64,000 nucleotides of DNA from Torpedo marmorata (lineage: Eukaryota), in contig OZ360226.1 of NCBI GenBank assembly GCA_977017645.1, positions 146,754,001 to 146,818,000 of the forward strand, written 5' to 3'. Positions 1-10,866 of the stretch are shown here, piece by piece. The first letter of the stretch is position 1, and every line of letters begins with the position of its first letter. The notes beneath the pieces were generated by a model. It ran no database searches. It saw only the letters and a program-made list of their open reading frames with translations, and was not told the DNA's origin. The position numbers and the translations under genes are program-made.

Positions 1-1455
1 TTTATGGAAAGGAAAGTTAGTAAGAGTAGGTATGGAAAAATTAACTTGGAATTATGAAATGGGTGGCTTACAACTTCCTAATTTTCAAAATTATTATAAA
101 GCAGCTCAATTGAAATTTGTTAATGATTTTTTTGATTCAACTAAATTTCCTGCTTGGATTAAAATAGAATTAAATAATATAGGTGATGATTCCAAAGAAG
201 AAATTATTTATAAATGGGATTCTAAATTAATATCAACAAAAAAGAAAAATTCGCCTATTTTTAAACATCTGTTAGAAATATGGAATAAGACGAATAAGGA
301 AATAGGAGGAAAAGGATTGATTTCTTCAAAGATGCCTTTATATCAAAATGGACTTATTCCATTTACTATTAATAATCAATTATTTAAAATTTGGTTTCAA
401 AAGGAATTAAGAAGATTAATGATTGTTTTGAAGCTGGGAAATTTATTACGTTTCAAAGAATGATAATACACTTTTTGCTTATCAAATTAGAGCTTTTTTG
501 ATTCGAATTATTAGTTACTAATGGAGATGTTAATAAATTTATTTCTCAAATATATAAATTGTTTCAGAGGAAAATGCCTAAAGTAGGTTTGCATAAATCA
601 AGATTAAAATGGGAATTAGATTTGAATGTAAGAATAGATGAAAATCACTGGAAAGAATTATGTAAATTAAGTATGACGAAGATTATTAATGTTAGATATA
701 GACTAGTACAATATAATTTTTTTCATCAATTATATTTAACTCCTAAAAAATTAAAGAAATTTAATCCGACATTATCAGGTTTATGTTTTAGATGTAATAA
801 AGAGGAAGGTTCCTTTGTACATTCTACATGGTTTTGTCCAAAAGTTTATGATTTTTGGTTGAAAGTTAAAAAATTTTTAGATAAAGTATTTAAGATTACA
901 ATTCCAATGGATCCTATGATATTTTTGTTTGGAGATATTAGAAAGTTTAGCATTAAGAAGAAATTAAATATGTATCAAGTAGAATTTTTGCGAATTGCTT
1001 TAGCTGTTTCAAAAAAATGCATTGCTATTACTTGGAAATCTGATTTAGATTTAGGATTAGAAAGATGGCATGCAGAACTTCGTTCGTGTATACCACTTGA
1101 AAAAATTACCTATAATTTACGTAATAAATACCATTTTTTCTTAAAAATTTGGAGCCCATATATGAAAGCTGTGGGTTTAAAGATTTGATGATCTCTGGAT
1201 ATCGGATCTACTGGCATGCTTGACCTCCACAATAGAATTAGTTTATAGATGGCATACCCTTACTCTATCCTTTTCTTTCTTTTTTCTATTTTTACTTTTT
1301 TATTTTTTATATTTTTATTAGATTAGTGGGGTTGGGGGGGTTGGGGAGGGGAGGGAGGGAGAGGGGGTAAAAATGTATCACATGTATTTTGATAATTTTA
1401 TATTTTACCTTATGTATTTTGTGATTTAAAAATTTAAATAAAATATTAAAAAAAA
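1..1455 (+). mobile_element. L1 LINE, 3' part of ORF2 plus 3' UTR and poly(A); continues left of the window
   Basis: ORFs 32-463 and 559-1188 encode the L1 ORF2 C-terminus (GGLQLPNFQNYY; CFRC...HSTWFC zinc knuckle), broken by small deletions. G-rich 3' UTR tract, AATAAA and A-tail ending at 1455. Very similar to the L1 at 33366-38639. Confidence 0.95.
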
Positions 1456-1611
1456 GAAAGATAGTTAAGTTATTGAAGATTGCTACAAGTCATCGTGTGT
1501 TAATAAATCTTTTGAACTTATTGGACTTGGTAGTAAATTAATTGAAACGCGTCACGAACAAGTGTCTCACCTAGCCTCCAAGCGGCTATTAATTGGATCG
1601 AATTCACTACA
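1456..1611 (+). repeat. 3' part of the 5' LTR of a BEL/Pao element, interrupted upstream by the L1
   Basis: AATAAA at 1502, ends ...CACTACA at 1611, followed by a leader and a BEL-type gag. Confidence 0.55.
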
Positions 1612-2063
1612 ATTTAGTCAACGAAAAATTTTATTGTTTGGAACAGAAAATTGTAGGATAGAAGATAGAAAATAATCTCTGTTCTTTGGATTGATATTTA
1701 AAATAAAATGGTGGCCATCTTGGAAATGCCTCGAGTTAGGGGCAGTTTGTAATCCACATCCATCTGCCATGAGTAACGGCCAGATAGGGATTCAGAGCTT
1801 CTAATCTTATAGTAAAGTGTCCTTTAAACACGTTGGTGGAGCCATTTCTTGAAAATCAGCGATATTATTGACGGATGCTGTGGTGGAAACTCGTTTGTTA
1901 ATAGCAGCACATTACAGCCATCTGAAGTGGTAGGCATAAGTCTGTGGACTCCTTCTGTGTATCTTTGGCAAGTGTGAACACAGTTTGGATTTTGCTGCCG
2001 CTAGTCCATTGGGGACTGTTGATTTGGCTTGTGTTGTGCATGCTCGACGGACGGTGGAACAAG

Positions 2064-3522
2064 ATGAGTAAAATGGCCGCAGCAGCTGCTGACGTTGCTG
2101 TTGAGGATCAACGTATTGAAGACGTGAAGGTTGCGGATCTCAAAGAAGAATTGAGGCGACGGAAACTAGATACGTGGAAATAAAAGTGTTCTTATTGCAA
2201 GACTGAAACTGGCAGTGGAAGAAGCCATGACTTCGGTTGATGGGAATGAAGACATTGCAAAACCAGTGCAGAAGACAACGACTGAACTTGAAGACAGCAA
2301 CGTGGAAATGGCTGAAGATATGTCACCAAATGGTGATGAAGAAAATGGTGATGAAGAAAACGAAGAGGATGAAGATGCAAAGGATGTACAATTTGAATTG
2401 GAGAAAGAGTCAAGTAAGAAGTCAACATCTGACCTGCAGGGCGAAATACAATCAAGTGACAGTGTGTCAAATGTTGAAAGCAGGAGAAGCAAACAAAGTT
2501 CTTCTGGTTTAAGCTCCAGAGTTTCTCGTACTTCAAGTTGTGCATCGTCACATACAATGACTAAAGCTGAATTGGCCACTCTTCTTGCGTGACAAAAATC
2601 GCTTAAGGATAAACATGTTTTAGAAGAACTGGAGGAGCAGCTAAGGCAGAGGGAGGAGCAGCTAAGGCAGAGGGAGGAGCAGCTAAGGCAGAGGGAGGAG
2701 CAGCTAAGGCAGAGGGAGGAGCAGCTAAGGCAGAGGGAGGAGCAGCTAAGGCAGAGAAAAGAGCAGCAGGAGCTGGAAGCAAACATTGCTATTACTAGGG
2801 CCAGAATGAAGGTACCAGAAGGCTCAATGGTATCTGGTGTTCAGAGTAAATTATCTGAAGTGTATGATGATAAGAAGTCATCTTTTAAAAAAGAGCCACA
2901 GGAAAGGAAACCAGCCCAAAGGGTAGATATTTTAATACCACGGGTACAAGACATGCAAATACAAGGACAAATCCTCCCAGAGCATGGTGTTATCAAGTCA
3001 CATGTACCAGTGGTAACATCCGAAGACAAAGCTGCGGCTTGGGTTTGGTTAAACGCTGTAGCTCTCTTGGCATTCGAGTCAAGCATCAGAAATATAGAAC
3101 CTACAACAGTGAGGTTTCCAGATACATTACCTGTTACAAGAGGTGGTGAACAGAGTAACGTACTATCACCCATTTGAAGACAAAATGAAGTTGCTGCATC
3201 ATTGATTCAGCTACAGTCTCTTTCTTCTTTGCCCAAGAAAGCGATACAAGCTTTTGATGGTGACCCACTTCAGTACCAAGCGTTCATGAGATCTTTTAGA
3301 TGCAATATTGAAAATAAGTGTCAAGACGCTGAAGAATGTCTTTATTATTTGGAAATGTTCACAAAAGGACAGTCAAGGGAATTTGTAAAGAGTTGTCAAC
3401 ATATGTCCTTGAATAGAGGATGAGACAGAGCTAAGTCTTTACTAAAACAGCATTTTGGCAACAAGCATCAAATTGCTTTAGCTTATATAGATAAAGCACT
3501 TAAATGGTCATCAATAAAACCG
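2064..3522 (+). pseudogene. gag: BEL/Pao retrotransposon gag (disrupted, 3'-truncated) with N-terminal SAP-like domain
   Basis: Fragments read KVADLKEELRRRKLDT/GNKSVLIARL (SAP), SDSVSNV...AELATLLA*QKSLKDKHVLEE (fish BEL coiled coil) and LPKKAIQAFDGDPLQYQAFMRSF...LYYLEMFTKGQSREFVKSCQHM (DUF1759-type BEL gag). One frameshift near 2175 and in-frame stops at 2590, 3175 and 3421. Confidence 0.85.
2632..2757 (+). repeat. 21-bp tandem repeat x6 (GAGGAGCAGCTAAGGCAGAGG = EEQLRQR heptad)
   Basis: Units start at 2632, 2653, 2674, 2695, 2716 and 2737. Confidence 0.97.
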
Positions 3523-4351
3523 AATTTTTGCTAATAAGAATGAAATGAATGATGCAGACGTTGTTGACATCATTGCATTTTGAATGGCACGGGGTAATCT
3601 TAGATGAATGTACGTTCTGATTTCTGCCAGAAATGTTCACTTATCTGATTTTAATAAAGGATCACTGCTTCTCGCCATTATTTTGGCAAACTCAAAAGAC
3701 ACAATAGGCTTCAGTTTCTTGGCAATAAACTCAGTCTTAATTAGGTGGAACATTGGTCTAAACATATATTTTGGACTAATATTGCCTTTATATTAAAAAA
3801 AAGTGTTGTGAAATGGAACAAATCAAAAGAAGTATTTTGCAGAACCTTGCAAAAATGTGTTAGTTTATTAGATAGATTAGGACTTCAGCTCATCAACTAT
3901 TCCTGGAGTGGTTGAGAAATAGTTCTGCTTAGTGTTATGATGATTATGGTAGTGGAATCAGTCCTGTATCATCAAACACTACCCTTGCTTTGTTGTAAAA
4001 TAATCGCTGGTCATTAATGTCTCTACCAATCTAATTGTTTTCTTATTTACAAACATCAATACATTTCCCACAGTATTTAAATCCATAAAAAGCAAAATGC
4101 TATGGAAGCTGAAACCTGAAAACCCAAACAATGCTGAATTGCTCAGCAGGTCAGGCAGCCGATGTGGTAAGAGTAATAGAACTGATGACCCAGGGTTTGC
4201 TGGTTGGGCCTTGTTTCCCATTGCTCCAGACTTACCTGGATTTAAATCAAAGGCTAAACTTACTAACTGATATATTCTGCACTAGAATGCTTGTGCTTGT
4301 ATGTTTCTTGTATGTTTCTTGTATGTTTCTTGCTGTAAAAGCAGTTATCCA

Positions 4352-4520
4352 GAACATAGAACATTACAACACAGTACAGGCCCTTCGACCCACGATGTTG
4401 TGCCTGCCTATGTAAACCTAATCCACAACAATCTAATATTTTTCCTACCTCACGCTCTTAACCCTCTATTTTTCGTACATCCATGTACCTATTTGAATTT
4501 TTTGAATGTCCCTGTTGTAC
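4352..4520 (-). mobile_element. Short CR1 3'-end fragment
   Basis: AGAACATAGAACATTACAACACAGTACAGGCCCTTCG matches the CR1 3' UTR/tail seen at 59661. Confidence 0.65.
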
Positions 4521-5789
4521 CACTTTTATATCTTTCAGAAAAGAATTTAAACAAAAATTTGTGTTGATTTAAATACAGGCTATCAACATAGGGAAAAAAA
4601 TGGAATATTTTGGATACCTGCTTATGTTGTTAACAATCACATCTCAATGTTATCTTGCATCAGATTAAAGGAGATGGTTACTGAAGGCATCAGCCTTGAT
4701 TTACAGACAAATGTGAATGATTTTGATATGTTAATCCCAACTATATTGGAATTACAGTATTAAAATACACCTCCAAATTCTTGAAGGAAAATTCAACGCA
4801 TTGCTTTGTGAATTACAGTAATTGTAACATTGCTTCAATTTAATGATCATTTGTCTTATCATTAACGACTGGCCTTATTCTTTCAAAGCCATCAAATTTG
4901 CAATTGATCTAATCTGTTCTTTCTGGTAAAAGGTCAGAAAAGGAGTATGTGCTGGGATAATTTAAAGAAATTCAATCAGCCATATGTGGTCTTGTTTAAG
5001 TATAGTTTGTCCAAGTAGTTAGAAATCATTGGCAGAGCTCTGCGATTAAGTTTGGAATTTGCGCAGCAGTTAAGATGACAAATGCTGGCTGTTCAATGTG
5101 GAACTGTTGACAAAATCCAGTAAAATCTGAGGCACTTTGAAGGTATCTTTTAATAATAAAAGAATTTGAATTCAGCAGAATAAACTTAAATTCAGCATAA
5201 TCACCTCCTTATTATCCAGCGAAATGTCTCGATTTTAACAGAAAATTGTACTCGAGTATTCTAATATAAAATTGTTTTTTAAACAGTACCACATGATTTT
5301 TTTATTAGTTTCACAAGATTTTAGATTGTCATAGAATCTAAGATTAGGACAACTATAAAATGGCAATACCATAATTCATTTACCATTTGTTTAGTTTACT
5401 TGTAAGAATGGAAACATCTGCTAGCAGCCAAGAACAAACATGGCTTACTAGTTGAGCAAATGGAAAACATGCACTGGTAATGGGGGAGAAAGCTAGGAGA
5501 CAGCACTTCTAATGCACAACAAATTCCATCATTTATACAACCCAATTTAAAAAAAAAAAAAAAAAAAAAACTTTTTTCATTTTAAGATGTTTTTACTATT
5601 GACCAATGACAATCACCATAGGGATCAGATTGTACTATGCTAATGAGATTTATAATAATTTGGAATGAAGTATTTCACCGCCTCTTTTAGATGCAGTAGA
5701 AAATATGATGAATATTTTGCTCTTATTTGTACTTTGGTAAGAAATTTCACACAAAAAGAAACCAGATCAGAATAGAGCAAGTGGAAACA

Positions 5790-6193
5790 GGAGACAGCTA
5801 TGATTCCTGTTCGTTTTACTTTGGAGAGGGACATGGAAGTTGGAGTTCAGTGGAGTATTTTACATTTATGAAGGAGATGTGAGAGGTCCTGAAACATATA
5901 AAGGTGGATAAATCCATGGAGCTTGTCCAGCTATATCCTAAGACAATATGGGAAGCAAGGAGGAGATTACTGAGTACTTACCCCATTTGTGGCCAACACA
6001 GTCACAAAAGGCTATCAGAAGACTGGAGGATAGCTTGTGTGTACCTTTAAGTGCAGCTGGAATAAGCCACAGGTCAATGAGGTCTGCATTGTGGTGGGAA
6101 GGTTATTGAAATGTAGGATTTATTTGCATTTAGAAAGGTAAGAACTGATTTGCTATCGACACTATTGGCTTTGTGTGTGGAAAATCAGATCTC
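5790..6193 (+). mobile_element. Old CR1 ORF2 remnant (left half, split by the L1)
   Basis: Degenerate similarity to the CR1 KVDKSPGPD/EDWR region; resumes after the L1 TSD at 12206. Confidence 0.6.
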
Positions 6194-6476
6194 TTTTTTT
6201 TTTTTTTTTTTTATTATTTTATTTAAATTTTTAAAATCACATAATACATAATTCAGAATCCAAAATATATAATTTCAAAATACAGTGATATAAATTTCCT
6301 CCCCCCACTCCCTCCCACCCCTCCCCAACCCCCCAGTCCCACTATACTAAAAATAAAATAGATAAAGAAAAAAAAAGAGAAAAAGAGAAAGAGATTAATA
6401 ATGAGGAGAGAGCCATCTAAAAACTAATTCTAATCTGGAGGTTAAACTCGCCAATAGACCTAGTTCCCAAAAAATT

Positions 6477-9400
6477 TCAAATCCTCAAACCCATAACCCT
6501 CATGTATGGGCTCCAAATTTTTAAAAATAAATGATATTTATTCCGTAAATTATAGGTAATTTTTTCCAAAGGAATACATGAACGAAGTTCTGCATGCCAT
6601 CTATCTAAATTCAGATCTAAATCTGATTTCCAAGTAATAGCAATACATTTTTTTGAAACCGCTAAAACAATACGTAAAAACTCTACCTGATACATATTCA
6701 ATCTGTTCCTAATACTAAATTTTCTAATATCTCCAAATAAAAATAACATAGGGTCCAATAAAAACCTAACATTGAAAACTCTTTCTAAAAAATCCTTAAC
6801 TTTAAACCAAAAATCTTGAATCTTAGGACATGACCATGTAGAATGAACAAAAGAACCTACTTCATTCTTACATCTAAAACACAAATCTGACAATGCCGGG
6901 TTAAATTTCTTTAATTTTTTTGGTGTTAAGTATAATTGATGAAAAAAATTATATTGTACCAATCTATACCTAACATTAATAACTTTAGTCATACTTAACT
7001 TACATAAATCCTCCCAATGTTTTTGATCTATACTAATATTTAAATCTAATTCCCATCTTAATCTTGATTTATGTAACCCTACTTTAGGCATTTTTTTCTG
7101 AAGTAATTTATACATTTGAGAAATAAACTTATTAATATTTGTTTTAGTAATTAATAATTCCAACTCATTATATCTTGGAGTAATTAAATTATCTCCTAAT
7201 TTCTCAACTAGAAAAGCTTTAATCTGATAATAGACTAACCATGTATTATCTAATATATCAAATTTTTCTTTCAGTCTTTGAAATGTAACAAATCTTCCAG
7301 CTTCAAAACAATCTTTAAAATTTTTAATACCTTTTTGAAACCATATTTTTAATAATTGATTATTCATAGAAAACGGTAAAAGTGGATTTTGATATATTGG
7401 CATATTTAATGAAATCTTACCTTTCCCACCTATTCTTTTATCTACCTCTGTCCATATATCCAATAAATGTTTAATAATCGGTGAATTCTTCTTTTTAACT
7501 GATAATAATTTAGAATTCCACTTATAAATAATATCCTCCTTATAATTTTCTCCGATATTATTTAATTCTATATTAATCCAAGCAGAAGTTTTAACTAAAT
7601 CAAAAAATTCATTAACAAATTTTAATTGAGCTGCATTATAATAATATTGAAAATTAGGGAGTTGCATACCTCCCATCTCATAATTCCATGTTAACTTCTC
7701 CATACTCACTCTTGCTAACTTCCCTTTCCATAAAAATTTCCTAACTATAAATTTTAAATCTTTAAAAAACTTTTTTGGAATTCCAAAAGGAATTGATTGG
7801 AAAAGATATTGAATTCTTGGAAAAATATTCATCTTAATACAGTTTACTCTCCCCATTAAAGTTATAGGTAAATCTTTCCAATTCTCCAAATCTTTCTTTA
7901 TTTTTGTAAGTAAGGGTACATAATTTAATTTATATAAATTCTCTAATTTTGTATCTACTTTTACTCCCAAATATTTAATTCCTTCTTTTGCCCATTTAAA
8001 TTCCGTAACTTCTTTACATCTAGTATAATCACCTTGAGATAAAGCCATTATTTCACTTTTATCCGCATTAATTTTATATCCAGAAATTTCACCATATTCT
8101 GTTAATATAATAGCTAAATGTTGAAGTGATGAAACTGATTTTGTCATATATATTAATACATCATCTGCAAACAAACTAATCTTATGCTCTTCTATACCAA
8201 CTTTAATCCCCACTATATTAGGATCTGTCCTAATCAATTCAGCTACAGGTTCTATTGCCAAAACAAATAAAGCTGGTGATAAGGGACAACCCTGTCTTGT
8301 AGAACGCGTTAAAGAAAATTTTGACGATATTTGTCCATTTGTAATTACTTTAGCTGTAGGTTCCTTATATATAGTTTTAATCCAATTTATAAAAGTATTC
8401 CCAAAACCAAATTTTTCTAATACCTTAAATAAAAAATTCCATTCTAATCTATCAAAAGCCTTTTCTGCATCCAACGTAATCACCAATGGTAAATCTTGTT
8501 TCTTTTTATGAAAATTAATTAAACTTAATAATCTAGCTATATTATCTTTAGAATATCTATTTTTAATAAAACCAGCTTGATCTGAATGTATCAAATTTGG
8601 CAAATATTTAGCTATTCTATTAGCCAAAATTTTTGCCATAATCTTATAATCTACATTTAATAAAGAAATAGGTCTATATGATTCAGTTTTTAATACATCT
8701 CTATCTTTTTTTGGTATAACTGTAATAATAGCATTTAAAAAAGTTTTTGGTAATAAATGAGTTTCCGTAATCTGACTTAATACCTCCATATATAAAGGTA
8801 TCAATAAATCTTTAAATTCTTTATAAAATTCTACTGGAAATCCATCATCACCAGGGGATTTACCACTTTTTAACGTCGATAGTGCTTCATTTACTTCTCT
8901 CATCGTAAAAGGTAAGTCCAAAAATTTTTTATTTTGAACATTCAATTTAGGTAAAGTAATTCTAGATAGAAATCCATTAATTTTTAAATCATCCTGAACT
9001 ACCTGAGATCTATATAAATTCTGATAATAATCTTTAAAAGAATCGTTTATTTCTTTAGGTTTATAAGTTATTTCACCAGTATTTTTTTTTTTTATAGCAT
9101 TTATAGTTTTAGAAACCTGTCCCTTTTTCAATTGCCATGCTAAAACTTTATGAGCCTTTTCTCCTAATTCATAGTATCTTTGTTTCATTTTTTCTATTAA
9201 TTTTTCCGTTTTATACGTTTGTAATAAATTATAATGTAATTTTTTCCTCACCAAACTATTTCTCTTACGAATTGATTTATTCTTCTGTAAATCTTTTTCC
9301 ATAATCTCAATCTCTTTCTCTAAATCTTCTGCTTCTTTCAAATAATCTTGCTTAATTTTTGCCGAATAACTTATTATCAAACCTCTAAGATAAGCCTTTA

Positions 9401-10268
9401 AAGTTTCCCAGATTATAAATTTATCATTAACTGATTGATCATTTATCCTCAAAAATTCTTGAATTTCCTTTCTCATATATTCACAAAAATCTTTCCTTTT
9501 CAATAAAGATGAATCAAATCTCCAATTAAATACAGTTTTCTCTTTTTCCGGAATTGCACATGTCATCAACAAAGGTGAATGATCCGAAATTAATCTTGCT
9601 TTATATGATACCTGTGATATTCTATCTTGAATTTGCGAAGATATCAAAAACAAATCTATCCTAGAATATGAATCATGTCTAAAAGAATAAAAAGAATAAT
9701 CTTTCTCTCTAGGATTCAATTTCCTCCAAATATCTATTAAATTCAAATCTTTCATCAAATTTATAATTCTTTTAACTATTTTAGGCCTAACTGAAGATCT
9801 AGAAGTCCTATCCATTATTGAATCCAGACAACAATTGAAATCCCCCCCAATTAAAATATTATCTTTAGCGTCTGATAAATGTAAAAATACATCTTGAATA
9901 AATTGTTCATCATCTGGATTTGAAACATATACATTCAAAAGTGTCCAAAATTCTGAATAAATCTGACAATTAACTAAAACATATCTACCTGCCACATCTA
10001 TTACTACCGACTGTATTTTAAAAGGTAGTTTTTTATTAACCAAAATTGCAACTCCTCTAGCTTTAGAATTAAATGTTGAAGCTACAACATGTCCAACCCA
10101 GTCTCTTTTTAATTTCTGATGCTCAACCTCTGTTAAATGAGTTTCCTGTAGAAAAGCTATATCTACTTTCAACTTTTTCATGTATGCCAAAGTTCTTTTC
10201 CGCTTTATTGGATTATTAAGCCCATTTATATTCAAACTTACTAAATTTATACTTTTAGAATCCATCAT
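6477..10268 (-). CDS. L1 ORF2p: APE endonuclease, reverse transcriptase, C-terminal CCHC
   Basis: Motifs SLNINGL, FLQETH, GGDFN, SRIDLF, SDHSP (EN); KSPGDDG, YRPISLLN, LDAEKAFD, RQGCPLSP, FADD, YLG (RT); CFRC-H-C. No stops over about 1263 codons; first ATG at 10268. Confidence 0.97.
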   Translation of the reverse strand: MMDSKSINLVSLNINGLNNPIKRKRTLAYMKKLKVDIAFLQETHLTEVEHQKLKRDWVGHVVASTFNSKARGVAILVNKKLPFKIQSVVIDVAGRYVLVNCQIYSEFWTLLNVYVSNPDDEQFIQDVFLHLSDAKDNILIGGDFNCCLDSIMDRTSRSSVRPKIVKRIINLMKDLNLIDIWRKLNPREKDYSFYSFRHDSYSRIDLFLISSQIQDRISQVSYKARLISDHSPLLMTCAIPEKEKTVFNWRFDSSLLKRKDFCEYMRKEIQEFLRINDQSVNDKFIIWETLKAYLRGLIISYSAKIKQDYLKEAEDLEKEIEIMEKDLQKNKSIRKRNSLVRKKLHYNLLQTYKTEKLIEKMKQRYYELGEKAHKVLAWQLKKGQVSKTINAIKKKNTGEITYKPKEINDSFKDYYQNLYRSQVVQDDLKINGFLSRITLPKLNVQNKKFLDLPFTMREVNEALSTLKSGKSPGDDGFPVEFYKEFKDLLIPLYMEVLSQITETHLLPKTFLNAIITVIPKKDRDVLKTESYRPISLLNVDYKIMAKILANRIAKYLPNLIHSDQAGFIKNRYSKDNIARLLSLINFHKKKQDLPLVITLDAEKAFDRLEWNFLFKVLEKFGFGNTFINWIKTIYKEPTAKVITNGQISSKFSLTRSTRQGCPLSPALFVLAIEPVAELIRTDPNIVGIKVGIEEHKISLFADDVLIYMTKSVSSLQHLAIILTEYGEISGYKINADKSEIMALSQGDYTRCKEVTEFKWAKEGIKYLGVKVDTKLENLYKLNYVPLLTKIKKDLENWKDLPITLMGRVNCIKMNIFPRIQYLFQSIPFGIPKKFFKDLKFIVRKFLWKGKLARVSMEKLTWNYEMGGMQLPNFQYYYNAAQLKFVNEFFDLVKTSAWINIELNNIGENYKEDIIYKWNSKLLSVKKKNSPIIKHLLDIWTEVDKRIGGKGKISLNMPIYQNPLLPFSMNNQLLKIWFQKGIKNFKDCFEAGRFVTFQRLKEKFDILDNTWLVYYQIKAFLVEKLGDNLITPRYNELELLITKTNINKFISQMYKLLQKKMPKVGLHKSRLRWELDLNISIDQKHWEDLCKLSMTKVINVRYRLVQYNFFHQLYLTPKKLKKFNPALSDLCFRCKNEVGSFVHSTWSCPKIQDFWFKVKDFLERVFNVRFLLDPMLFLFGDIRKFSIRNRLNMYQVEFLRIVLAVSKKCIAITWKSDLDLNLDRWHAELRSCIPLEKITYNLRNKYHLFLKIWSPYMRVMGLRI

Positions 10269-10516
10269 AACCACATTGTAGTCCTTGTCTATCTATCATG
10301 TCTATTAGCGATTCCCTCCTAAATTGTATCTTAACTATTCTCTCCTCAAATAAAACAGAAAAAAGAAAAAGAAATAGAAAAAACCCTTTAAGAAAAAACA
10401 CAGTTAACACAGTGTTACCCCCCTCCATTGTTCGAGTAGCAGCTCCTGCCGCTAAGGTGGTGATTGGTTTGGAAGAAGTACCAATATCCCCACCCCCCCC
10501 CAATAGATCAATATAA

Positions 10517-10866
10517 ACCATACAATATAAATTCAATTAACTCCTCCCAAATCCAGTTCATCTTGTTCTCCTTCAAGTTGAACCAAAACGTTTTCTTCTC
10601 CTGACGCAACCATCGGTGGCACCACTTGTCCTTCTTGGTTTTGATCTTGTCGTCGTAAATTCAAATTATAACTTCCAGGCAGACGAGGAAGACCATACAA
10701 TATAAATTCAATTAACTCCTCCCAAATCCAGTTCATCTTGTTCTCCTTCAAGTTGAACCAAAACATTTTCTTCTCCTGACGCAACCATCGGTGGCACCAC
10801 TTGTCCTTCTTGGTTTTGATCTTGTCGTCGTAAATTCAGATTATAACTTCCAGGCAGACGAGGAAG
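10517..10866. repeat. 175-bp tandem duplication of the ORF1 3' end and stop codon
   Basis: Copies 10517-10691 and 10692-10866, two mismatches seen. Confidence 0.93.

Noticed and set aside
2064-2410. Processed pseudogene or exon of SAFB/SLTM
   Set aside because: The frame continues directly into BEL gag motifs with no RRM, so it is part of the retroelement.
2166-2786. 206-aa minus-strand ORF with SSLCLSC repeats
   Set aside because: Antisense shadow of the BEL gag heptad repeat.
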